Shown here: piece by piece, positions 49,142-61,590 of the stretch
Layout: the number at the start of each line of letters is the position of its first letter
Numbering within the stretch: the stretch's first letter is position 1
From: Antedon mediterranea
Lineage: Eukaryota; Animalia; Echinodermata
Direction: 5' to 3'
DNA: 64,000 nucleotides
Assembly: GCF_964355755.1 (NCBI RefSeq)
Contig: NC_092672.1
Coordinates: 21,031,237-21,095,236, forward strand
Translations under genes and position numbers: made by a program
The notes under the pieces: model-generated
Seen by the model: the letters and a program-made list of their open reading frames with translations, nothing else
Told to the model about the DNA's origin: nothing
The model's database searches: none

Positions 49142-51756
49142 CAATATAATTTAGTACATTAGTCTTTCAGTACAATTTGCTTAGACAATTTGATTGGCTA
49201 ATACCCGATTTGAATAATGGCTTGGTAACCCAATCCCCTGTAATTGTAATTAATTTCAGAATCTGAACAATGGTATAATTATTCATCTGTTGAACAAATA
49301 ACTAAACAAACTTCATAAGAAATATATCTTATTTTGTATTCTTACTATGTATTAATTACTCGTTATAGGCCTACTTGATAATGTTTATTGTATCTTTTCT
49401 GGTGGGTAAGCCTTAAAGTTCTTTGAACTTATTTGCCCACCAGCCACACATCTTTCTATATATATATATATGTTTATTTTTACTTAATTATCATATTCAT
49501 TTTATGTGGAAAATCAATAAAAACAAAACAAAACAAAACAAAACCACTTGTACAAATAACAAAACATAAAAACACAAACATTTAAGATATAAAAATAGCT
49601 GAAATGATTCTTTTTTAAGTTTCATATATAAAGCATGCAACATGCCATCATTTACAAAATAAAATAATAATAGATCCATATTTAGTTTGTATAATTATTG
49701 TAATATTGTTTTATTATGTTGGGGACCCCTTTGGAAACAAGCCTCTGGGCTTAAAGGGCCATCCCCTGCTTTCCATGCTTATTTTCTTGTCTAGTCTTGT
49801 ATTTCTATATTTAAATGTTTCTCTTTTTATTTCATTTACATTATACTGTTTTATATATTTGTACTGTATTTGGAAAGCAATAAATATTACTTACTTACTT
49901 ACTTACAACCTGGATTTCACACAGCAGTTTGAAACAAACAATTCAATTTTCCATTTATAAAATGTACCATAACATTAACAAATTGACAAAACCTAACCAT
50001 TAAAAAAAAAAAAGCCTAAAACATTGTAGAACACTGGAGGCCTTTTGCTACCCCCTCCACCACCAGTTCCTGTGGCTGATTGTTCAAACTTTATATGATC
50101 ATTTATATGATCTTCCCAACATAGGTATGATGCTATTTTGACACCAAGATTAGTTTGTGTTTTCTCAAAGATACAACCATTCTTCTGATAAAAAAATGTG
50201 ATGAGATGTTTATCATGTGATATAGAAATAATTTGAAAATTAATTAATTAAACCTCTGAGGCAAATGACAGTCATCAATGTTAATGATTGACTTTTTCCT
50301 TATTTAAAATATACGTCATGAACCAATCATGCAAATTAATTTAGATATTGACACAAACTACTTGTAGTAGTTATCAACATATTGGTGCACTACCCACTGA
50401 TTCTTGAGGCTGAAATCAAACCCTATCAGCTCAAGCTCTGTGTTGTATACAGATTTAACCACCAGACTAGTGACTGTTTTATTACTACAGTATTACTATT
50501 TTATTATTGTATTCAATTATTCAAGACCCAACAGTGTATCAAAACACCAATACAGGATCAAAATAAAAGTACAATATAACATATTTCCATGATAAAAATA
50601 TTAACATAATTAAAAAACTATTCATTAAACATTAACAATTCAACAGATTTAGTTATTCAAGTTATTTAAAATGACATTAAATGCTGTATAAGTATTAATG
50701 TGTAAGTATTACAACTAAAAATATCAATGTTAGGAAAAATTTAACTAGATCATTATAAAGCTCTGTTTACACTATTAAACTTTATGTGACAAAAAAATGT
50801 GATTTGCCCATATATGGACAAAATGATGCCATATCACCACCATATTTGGGCACATCACACATTTTTTTGTAAATCTAGTCTAGTGATAGTGTAGACATAC
50901 AGTAACTGAAGTTGAGCAACATGACAGAAATAACTGTTTTTACTATATAACAGGCACATGAACATGAGTTTTAAACCGCCTGATTATATACTGAAATTTG
51001 ATTAATTAATTTGAAACAATAAAGATGAAGAAACATAAGAATATTTAAATTACAAATAAATTTGACATTTAGTCCTTATGACACTCAAATCTTAAAACAT
51101 TAATCCTCTCAACATTTTAAAAATTCTATAAGAATAATATTTAATATAATGTTGTTTTACTCTACTATCACTTTGTTCTATATTTATTTTACTGCATGTT
51201 TGTGTCTTTGTTTTTCTGATTCTGAAATATTTAAAGTTATTGGTAAACTCTACACAGTAGGCACATTGTAAATAAACTATAGAAATTGATACCAAGAACT
51301 ATGTTTATCCTCATTCTTTTAGAGAATCAAGACAGATTTTGTGGATTCATTTATTTCAAGATGGATATTTTCAATAATCCTCATTATGGGATAATTTTAA
51401 AAATATGTTACCACTGTTATAATAGACAAACCAATTTCACAAGAAGAAAATATGTGAATGAAATCATTAAGATTAGATTTGGGTTATGGCTGGTAGATTG
51501 TATACATTACAATTCATACTAATTGTGATAATATAATAAGACACACTATCACTCTAATAAATAGTAAACTGAATCAACAAATTAAACTTATTATAAATGA
51601 TGGCAAATAATCACAATAAAAGCTTAAAAAATGCTTGCTCATTTGACTGGCACATAATTAGTATGTTATGTTCAGGCCTAATTTGTCTAATTTTTTCTTA
51701 AGTACTTGACTACAGTCGGTAGTATAATAGCAATAATACTTGTTATTCTTTCAATG

Positions 51757-51953
51757 ATTATTATTATTTTTTTTTTTTACCATATTTAATGAGGGTGATC
51801 CATCCAGCAATTGCTGATCATTAGGGACCCTCAGAGGTTCACAAGACAAACATATACACAAGATACTCTACATAAACAAAGTCTTATTACAAGTCTTTGG
51901 GAGTGGAGTTGTAATGTTTTCTGACATGTGACAGGACTTGAACCCAGGATCCT
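51757..51953 (-). mobile_element. tRNA-derived SINE fragment
   Basis: Minus strand GGATCCTGGGTTCAAGTCC ... AAATATGGT(A)n(AAT)n. Confidence 0.6.
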
Positions 51954-52751
51954 TAATTATGATAACACACTGTCTGTTATTATTTCATAGATCCTAAATG
52001 TATATCAAAGCAATGCTGAAAATTAGTATTATACAATGTTTGTTATAAAAGACATTAAGTTTTAATTGATTAATTTTATTGATTAAACATTTTTTATTAG
52101 ATTTATATTTTTTGCACGACAAAATAATATGAAAGAAAATATTTACTAAATAATTGTGAATAAAAAGTGAGGTTATGATTACACTGTCAACAATTGTGAT
52201 GTACAAAATAAAAATGCCTACACACAAAACACACACAATAAACAGTAGGCCTAAATGATTATCAACAAGCTATTACAAGTTGGAGTGGTGCAATTGAATA
52301 TTAACAGCTACCAACACAATTTGAAATTTAAAATAAATTGTCCAGTTTTATAATTGCACTGTAAAATAATCCTATAAATGAAATTGTTTAAAACATGTAG
52401 GATACCTTTTATTTTCACAATAGTTTTGCATTAAAATAAAATTGATTATAGATGATATAGTTAGTATACTGTTATCTGTTTAATATTTCAGAATATAAAT
52501 ACCTTGATCATGAGCATAAGAATAGTTTACAAAAAAACAATACATTTTACAATGCTTTGTAGAAATAATCATTTAAAATTGATTGTTGTTTTTAGGAAAA
52601 TTATTTTCAACATTGAAAAAATATTAATTTATTAATATAAATTAAGGATATTTATAAGATTATTAATATTAGTCATTTTTTGTATGTTAGATATTAAGGA
52701 ATATGATGTACATGTTTTGTAACTTTGTTTATTATTTAATATTTTCAATAG

Positions 52752-52850
52752 GATAGCTATACAGCATTAATATATGCTGCTGCAGCAGGTAATAGAACCA
52801 TCTGCCAACTGGTCTTAGATGGTGGAGCTGATGTCAATATGCAGGCTAAT
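52752..52850 (+). CDS. Ankyrin repeat exon, 99 nt (DSYTALIYAAAAGNRTICQLVLDGGADVNMQAN)
   Basis: Duplicate of 47201-47299 with intact AG/GTAAGT sites and an open frame. Confidence 0.9.
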
Positions 52851-55054
52851 GTAAGTCATACACACAGTTTATAACATTAATTTAACCTTCAGTGAAACAA
52901 ATCAATAAATTTAAACTATTGTTTTTAGAATTTAGATGACTACCAGTACTATAAGACTTTAGGAAAATCATAGATATTATATAATATCTCTATGGGAAGA
53001 TTAATTTAGTTGACAATACACTAATGTAGTATCCATGTTATTATACTATTGTAGTTATATTATAATAATACCAATTCTCGTAACAAACATATTTTAAATA
53101 TATCTTGTACATTCTTAAAATGAATAGAATAACACAATACTGGGGTGTGTGTATATAGGTCAATATAGAAATGATGAATATTATAAGTTATAAACACATG
53201 CGCAATAACTTATTTTCTTCTTTTTTACAAATTCTCATACTATTACTATTCTGTTTAAACTTGCAATTAAATTTTTTGTATTAAGAACATGTATACTTCA
53301 AGTTACTTGTTTACACACTGTTATACCATAACATTAATATGTGTATTCAATAATATACACATTTATTTTCCATAATTCATTGCCGAATGGTGCTTTAGAA
53401 ATAAAGTGTGAAATGAATTTTACAGCACAGTTTTAAAATATTTTTGCTATTGATTATTATAATTTAACTACTGTACTGTAAAATAAAAACTGCTGATAGC
53501 ATACACCTCAATCATCAAAGTTTGTAAAGTTAAATGGTATTATAGTATGTTTTTATAAATTGATAACGTTCAATAAAATACTCATAACACTTTTCATAGC
53601 ATAAACTTCTTTTGAATATTTAACTGTTTTTTAGTATTAGGCAGGTCAGAAAACAGGAATAACATTTGTTGATATAAGTTTAAAAAAAAAAATGTACATT
53701 TAAAAAAAAAGTTGTGAACATGAATCATGTCTATCATCAACCTTCACCTTGATTCCTTTGCTCTTTATAATTTGAGGATATTTCTATATTAAAATGATAT
53801 ATCTATGCTGAAATGAAAGATGGTGAGGATTACTTTTGATAGAAGGGCTCTGTCTTACCTAAAATTAGAGCAAATACATAAGCCCATCCCACCATAATAA
53901 TATTATGATAAAATATATATTACATACAGTATACTAGACTTGCCCCAAGTCTGTATTGTTTTTTTATTTTATTTATTTGTTTTTATTTCGACCGCGATTT
54001 TTGTCTGAAAATACAGACTTGTGAAACACGTATAGAAATCGATTTGCAGACCGCAAACATCCGATAAGAATGACGTAGGTTATCATACCGTATTTGGCTA
54101 TATGGGGCGGGCGGTATGTAAATATGGATTTCGAATCAACCAATGATCATTTTGTTTCAAAATGAAAAAGATCGAGTAGGCCTACGTACAGTGCTGAATG
54201 TACGATCGAGTTCGAGGCTCGTGTTGAAATATGAAATCGTGTTGCCAAGTTTTGTTTATTAATTGTTTAGTCCTTAGTCTAGGTCTCCTTCGTAGGTCCT
54301 ACTCAACTCGCACGTATGACCTGCCAAATAAAACGCCAATAAGGTAGGCCTACATAATACCACCACCGGCACACAACAGGATTCACACACAACACAGGGC
54401 TACACCACACTACACAGAACAGGACAGGGTCTGGGTGGGAATTAAATCAAATTATCTCCGCGTAATATTAAATGATCCATATAAAATCCTGTACCCAAGT
54501 ACACTGTCTAAACGTAACATAGCGCATGCGCACCATCTTAGTTGTTGAGTCTTTGAAATTCTGAAATATGAATATTAAAATGGTGTACGAGTGAGTAGCC
54601 AATCGCATGCAGCTGAAACTAGTCAACCAGATAATCTATGCACCAAGAATTCTTGGTGTCAAACCACGTGACTTTTGCGTGTTTCCCCAGACGGAGTATC
54701 CAAACTCAAGTAATACACGTATGAAACGCCATATGTGCAAAAATATTTATATTTTTACTAATATTAAGAAAAAACTCCGTCTGGAGCCCAGACTAACAGT
54801 ATACACACACATATATTATACAAAATTTCATATTTTTGGTGGTATATTGTTCTGTATTATTTTGAAGATCCTAAGTTGTTTAAATTTAACCAATGGCAAC
54901 ATATCATAGTTAAAATTATTTGAGTTGCTCCTACAGCCTTGTGTTAAATGTTTGTTGGAACCATTGTTATAATTTGAAGTCTTTTGGTTTAGGAACCAAA
55001 TTCAAGGCTATTAGTATTAAATTATATTGGCTTGCTACTCATATATCTTTGTAA

Positions 55055-55632
55055 TTTTTAGTCGCGTGGAAGCGACTCTATAGTTCACTAGGTCGGTCCG
55101 TCCGTCTGTCGGTCCGGTATCACTATGCGTTTTATCGCTTTCTGACCTTATCTTGATATCAGGTTAATCTAGCTAGGTAAATTTTTCACAGTATATTCCT
55201 TATGGCCAGGAATCGATGTGGTTATGTTTTCACGGTGTGCAATAAAAAATTACACGGTCTACGCACGATTTAACGAAATCACGTTTGTAATCATATCTTC
55301 ACAACCATGAATCACAATTAAATAAACTTTGGTACTCATAAATTTCAGGGCATAAATCATCATTATGGCAATACAATTACATACGTAGTGCATGTAACGC
55401 ATGCGTACGCGCGCTTAAAATTTTCAAAATTTATTTTCAATGAAATAAGAGTACGTTTCAGGCAATTTTAAGCAATTTTAAGCGTTTACAAAATTGCCAT
55501 GAGTGCGCATATTTTTTCGCGCGCACTGCGCGTTAAATGTTATTGCGCACTCTTTTTGCCCGATTTCTGTTTTCTTGACTTACTTTTCAACTTGAAATTA
55601 CGTTATACGAGCACGTCAAAAGCGACAGGCTA
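55055..55632 (+). mobile_element. 3'-truncated DINE-1-like element (family D head on an A-like body)
   Basis: TTTTTAGTCGC-gtggaa-GCGACT hairpin and (GTCC/GTCT/GTCG)n microsatellite, then sequence homologous to the family A body. Confidence 0.7.
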
Positions 55633-57768
55633 ATAATTTACCTCCTGGTTCATCCTGTTTTTCATCACTGTTTTCCTCCTTGTACTCTTTTTGCACAAAC
55701 AATACTTTGCGTACTATATTATTCTTGTTAGTTGTTGTTTACAATAGTGATGAAAGCATTCATTTTGAAAATTTCTGTTATTTCGTGCGGAAGTAATCAG
55801 ATTTATCTTAATTATTTATGTCATATTCATCCCACCAAAATCTGATGATGAAAACTGTTACCATGAAATTAGTACTTATGTAGAAACAAGGCTATAAAAA
55901 AAGGATAGCTTAAGGGTTTAATAAAATATATGCCATAATCAATTTTAACTGGCTGAAAACATCTATTGAAATCCTCCATACATTATGTAGAAGAGCTAAC
56001 TGACTCTTGGATTATGCTTTATTAGTTGATGCCATTCCAAAAGATTGTAGGCCTATAAGTATAATTAAGAATCATAACAACAATATGTCTGTACATAATT
56101 AAGGATGAATGTATTATAACAAATAACACATGAAGCCAACAGCAAAATGTATATACTCATGCTTCAAATCAAAATCTATTACTTCTCGGGTTATAGACAA
56201 ATGAAATGTTGCTCTCAACGCCCAAAACATAAATCTGATAAAGAAGGTGAAAAATGGAAAAATATACTAAATTATAAACCATTACATAAAATTGTTCCAA
56301 CTAACTTACAGCTGTATCTGGAAATTGAAAAATAAAAATGAATGTGATATATATGTGTTATTGAAAATGAAAAGCATATGTTCTTATAATTATTGTATAC
56401 ATAACAAATTATGTAAAAATATTGATAACATTTTTATAGGAATAGACAATAGCAGAAGTTCATTTAAAGAGCCTCTTTAATGCATGGCTCAGATTGTTTA
56501 CAGTATATACATATATACAGTGCTTAAATGCTTTAAGTATCTAATACCTTGCAATTGTATATTCTTTTAACAATCATAAATCATACAGGTTTGATAATGC
56601 ATTTTTTCTCATATTTGAATAAAATAGGTGTTTATCAAGTCAATAGTAGGGTAGTAGGGTATTGCTAAACTGCGCAAACACTGCGCAAACACTGCGCAAA
56701 CAACAAAAAAAGCTGCGCAAACCTCCTTCAAAACAATTATTATTGATTAGAACACAACTAGAACTATATAGGGAGACAATTTATGAGGAAAAAAATTTGA
56801 AATTCCTTTAAGTTTGCCTTTTTTTTTGGTGAAAAATTTCAATTTTTGGGAAAATTACTGATTTCACAGCGCAAACCCCCCAAAAAAGCTGCGCAAACCT
56901 CCTTCAAAACAATTAATATTGATAGAACACAACTAGACCTATATAGGAAGACAATTTATGGGAAAAAAAAATTGAATTTCCTTTAAGTTTGTCTTATTTT
57001 TGGTTAAAAACTTCAATTTTTTGAAAAAGTACTGATTTCACAGCGCAACCCCCAAAAAAAGCTGCGCAAACCTCCTTCAAAACAATTAATATTGATTAGA
57101 ACACAACTAGAACTATATAGGGAGACAATTTATGGGGAAAAAAATTTGAAATTCCTTTAAGTTTGCCTTATTTTTGGTTAAAAACTTCAATTTTTGGGAA
57201 AATTACTGATTTCACAGCGCAAACAACAAAAAAAGCTGCGCAAACCTCCTTCAAAACAATTAATATTGATAGAACACAACTAGAACTATATAGGGAGACA
57301 ATTTATGTGAAATAAAAGTTTGAAATTCCTTTAAGTTTACCTTTTTTTGGGTGAAAAACTTCAATTTTTGGGAAAATTACTGATTTCACAGCGCAAACCC
57401 CCAAAAAAAGCTGCGCAAACCTCCTTCAAACCAATTATTATTGATTAGAACACAACTAGAACTATATAGGGAGACAATTTATGGGAAAAAAATTTGAAAT
57501 TCCTTCAAGTTTGCCTTTTTTTGGGTGAAAAACTTCAATTTTTGGGAAAATTACTGATTTCACAGCGCACCCCAAAAAAAGCTGCGCAAACCTCCTTCAA
57601 ACCAATTAATATTGATTAAAACACAACTATACCAGATATAGGGAGACAATTTATGGGAAAAATAAATTGAAATTCCTTTAAGTTTGCCTTATTTTTGGTT
57701 AAAAACTTCAATTTTTTGGAAAATTACTGATTTCACAGCGCAAACAACAAAAAAAGCTGCGCAAACCT

Positions 57769-60253
57769 TGTTGAACCCACAAATGTAAAAACGCCCACAA
57801 ATGTGAAAACAACCACAAATGTGAAAACGCATCACCCACAAATGTGAAAACAACCACAAATGTGAAAACGCATCACCCACAAATGTGAAAACAACCACAA
57901 ATGTGAAAACGCATCAACCACAAATGTAATAAACAGCGCCCACAAATGTGAAAACGATCATCGCCCACAAATGTGATAACGCCCACAAATGTTTAAAAAA
58001 AAGAGAATTTTTCGGCCACAAATGTAAAAAAAAAAAATCAGATGAAATTTAATGCTAGACTCAAACAATTTTGATCGAGGTACTACATTATATCATGATT
58101 GTATTGAGTTGTTTCAATAATTGTTTGTTCACGATACGTCTGTTAGGGTCGTGGTTAACGCGTTGGATTATTATAATTTGCTGCTCATGCACGCGATATT
58201 TGCACGTAAACTCGTTTGTTTAATGAACGTAATAGTTCAAGACGATATTTGTTATTTGCTGCGCGCGTGCACGATACTTCAAGGTCAAGGCCATGTTATA
58301 TCATTGTTGCTTCTACTGTGTGGTTGTTGGCTTACTATTATGTACGTATAGTTATAAGTCGATGTTCGATATTTTTTTTTTGCGCGCACACGATACAACA
58401 ACCCGATCGGGAACGGGATTTCGGCCGGGATCCCGTCGGGAATTTTCCCAATAATCCCGAACGGGATTTCGACCGGGATCCCACCGGGAATCCCGACCAA
58501 TAATCCCGATCCCGATCGGGATTCCGATCAAAATTTCGATTGGGATTTCCTTCCAATAATCCCGATCAGGAACGGGATTTCGACCGGGATCCCGTCGGGA
58601 ATTTTCCCAATAATCCCGATCGAAATCGGGATTTCGGCCGGGATCCCGATCGGGAATCCCGACCAATAATCCCGACGGGATCCCGGTCGGGATCCCGACG
58701 AATTTTTTTGTGGGGAAAGTCAAGGTTAAATTGCTACTTGTATGTAGTGTGTGGTTATTAACTCGTTGGCTTACTGTTATGTACGTATAGTTCCAAGTCG
58801 ATGCTCGATTCGATGTTTTTTTGCGCGCACACGATACAACAAGGTCAAGGTTAAATTGCTACTTGTATGTAGTGTGTGGTTATTAACTCGTTGGCTTACT
58901 GTTATGACTTCTAATGCTCATACAGTGTTATAGGCATCTCCAATCAAGTGTAAGCCTACTATTAGTAGATAACATTATTTAATCGCATTGCAACTCCTCC
59001 TTAAATATTTTGTTAGGTAATTCATGAAGCCAGTTTGTTCCTCATTAACAATACCGTTATACCTTGTACGTTGACTTATTTACTTATAATTATATTATAC
59101 ATAAAAATTGTCGAATATACGTTTGATAGTAAATCAGTTAAATTGTAATGCATTCAATAGGTAATATTATTCTCCGTATATCTTTATAATTATCCGCTAA
59201 AAATAGATATACAAATTAAACAATAAGCATCAGATTAAACCACGAATGTAAATAGTAGTTAGGCCTATAGTAGGAAGTTTTGTCCATTAGTATAATTGTT
59301 ATAGATTTCATAGTATGTTTTATAGAATACATGTTCGTGACAAGTTTGATACTATCGTATCGTGTATTATGTTTGGTTGGATATTGGTGTTACGGTATTA
59401 TTCTAATTACAATTTGTTTATCGCTCTAAAATAAAGAAATATTCTTTTATTAGTTGTTCTTGCTCTAGCTCTTGTATTATTATCTTGTGGTTATAGTTTT
59501 GTAAAAAAATTGAACATTAGGAACTACTGCAACAACGACGAGTATAGCATTGATCTTGTAGTATCGTGTACACCGAGCATCGACTTGGAGCTATAATACG
59601 TACATAATACTAATATAGTAAGCCCAACTGCACTTCAAGCAGCAATGATATATGACCTTGTCGTATTGTGTACGCGCCCAAAAACATCGAATCGAGCATC
59701 GACTTGGAACTATACGTACATAACAGTAAGCCAACGAGTTAATAACCAACAATGATATAACATGGCCTTGACCTTGAAGTATCGTGCACGCGCGCAGCAA
59801 ATAACAAATATTGTCTTGAACTATTACATTCATTAAACAAACGAGTTAACTTGCAAATATCGCGCGCACGAGCAGCAAATGATAATAATCCAACGTGTTA
59901 ACGACGACCCTAACAGACGTATCGTGAACAAACAACTCAATACAATCATGATATAATGTTTGTCTGAATCTAGCATTAAATTTGATCTGATTTTTTTACA
60001 TTTGTGGGCGAAAAAGTCTCTCTTGTTTTTACATTTGTGGGCGTTATCACATTTGTGGGCGATGATCGTTTTCACATTTGTGGGCGCTGTTTTCACATTT
60101 GTGGTTGATGCGTTTTCACATTTGTGGTTGTTTTCACATTTGTGGGTGATGCGTTTTCACATTTGTGGTTGTTTTCACATTTGTGGGTGATGCGTTTTCA
60201 CATTTGTGGTTGTTTTCACATTTGTGGGCGTTTTCACATTTGTGGGTTCAACA
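57769..60253. mobile_element. Foldback DNA element with TGT...ACA ends, Ginger-like
   Basis: ~500-bp TIRs with subterminal CCACAAATGTGAAAAC arrays; 5-bp TSD AACCT (57764-57768 and 60254-60258). Confidence 0.75.
58402..58715. mobile_element. GC-rich GGGATCCC-repeat insert, possibly a CMC/EnSpm-like fragment
   Basis: CCC...GGG ends with AA flanks; empty site visible in the internal duplicate near 58830-58850. Confidence 0.5.
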
Positions 60254-61491
60254 AACCTCCTTCAAAACAATTAAGATTGATAGCACACAACTAGAACTAT
60301 ATAGGGAGACAATTTATGTGAAAAAAAAATTTGAAATTCCTTTAAGTTTGCCTTTTTTTGGGTGAAAAACTTCAATTTTTGGGAAAATTACTGATTTCAC
60401 AGCGCAAACCCCCAAAAAAAGCTGCGCAAACCTCCTTCAAACCAATTATTATTGATTAGAACACAACTAGAACTATATAGGGAGACAATTTATGAGAAAA
60501 AAAATTTGAAATTCCTTTAGTTTGCCTTTTTTTTGGTGAAAAACTTTAATATTTTGGGAAAATTACAGATTTCACAGCGCAAACCCCCAAAAAAGCTGCG
60601 CAAACCTCCTTCAAACCAATTAATATTTATTAGAACACAACTAGACCTATATAGGGAGACATTTTATGGAAAAAAGTTTGCCTTTTTTGGGGGCAAAAAC
60701 TTTAATTTAAATATTAATTGGTTTGAAGTAGGTTTGCGCAGCTTTTTTGGGGGGTTTGCGCTGTGAAATCAGTAATTTTCCCAAAAATTGAAGTTTTTAA
60801 CCAAAAAAAGGCAAACTTAAAGGAATTTTACATTTTTTCCCCATAAATTGTCTCCCTATATAGGTCTAGTTGTGCTTTAATCAATAATAATTGGTTTGAA
60901 GGAGGTTTGCGCAGCTTTTTTTGTTATTTGCGCAGTGTTTGCGCAGTTTGCGCAGTTTAGCAATACCCTCAATACTGTATTCAAATTTAGAAACAGCTTA
61001 ATCACAAAATAATGGGATCATTGTGCACTTTGTAAATATTAATAATTCATTATACGATGTATTGATACTTTAACACTTCTTTGTTGTATCTTGAACTTTG
61101 TTGTTATCATTGATACAATAATACATGAATCAAGTGTCAACAATTATAGAGCATTCATATTAACAGTTAATGTTGACTGATATGGTTTTACTGTACCTTT
61201 CACCTCATCTTGAAAATAAAAAAATAAATAAATAAAAATTAATCAAATATTAAAAATAATTTAAATATAAAGCTGATGATTGCAATTTGCCTAATGAGGT
61301 TTGATGATGAAAATAAGAATTCAGCAGGGTGACTTTTCAATGCGAGATGTAGACATAAGTAATAATAACCTGTCATTCTTTTAAAATACAAAATAAATTG
61401 GCAAATTGATGGTAAATACCACTTTAAAAGAGTTTATATGAAAGTATTTGTATGAAAAAATTGAATTATTATATGCATTTATTATTTTTAG

Positions 61492-61590
61492 AATGGATCA
61501 ACACCTCTGTTTGAAGCTGCATATAATGGTTTTCACGAAGTCTGCTTGGTACTTCTCAATAAGGGAGCTGATGCAAATCAACAAGACAAG
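61492..61590 (+). CDS. Ankyrin repeat exon, 99 nt (NGSTPLFEAAYNGFHEVCLVLLNKGADANQQDK)
   Basis: attatttttag acceptor; AAG|GTACTT donor; phase 0/0; gene continues beyond the window. Confidence 0.92.

Larger units (their letters stand above)
42900..53866 (+). repeat. Intragenic tandem duplication: 42900-48282 and 48297-53866
   Basis: Colinear high-identity copies offset ~5.4-5.6 kb; 14-nt filler at the junction. Confidence 0.93.
56656..60969. mobile_element. Non-autonomous TIR element built from a ~175-bp tandem repeat
   Basis: TIR AGGGTATTGCTAAACTGCGCAAAC / GTTTGCGCAGTTTAGCAATACCCT; ~9 forward units, inverted from ~60710; TSD unclear. Confidence 0.8.

Noticed and set aside
57769-58030. CRISPR-like short repeats (CCACAAATGTGAAAAC)
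   Set aside because: No unique spacers and no cas genes; mirrored at 59995-60253 as transposon subterminal repeats
58216-58761. Overlapping RDPD/GIP-rich ORFs
   Set aside because: Low-complexity palindromic insert that is open in several frames
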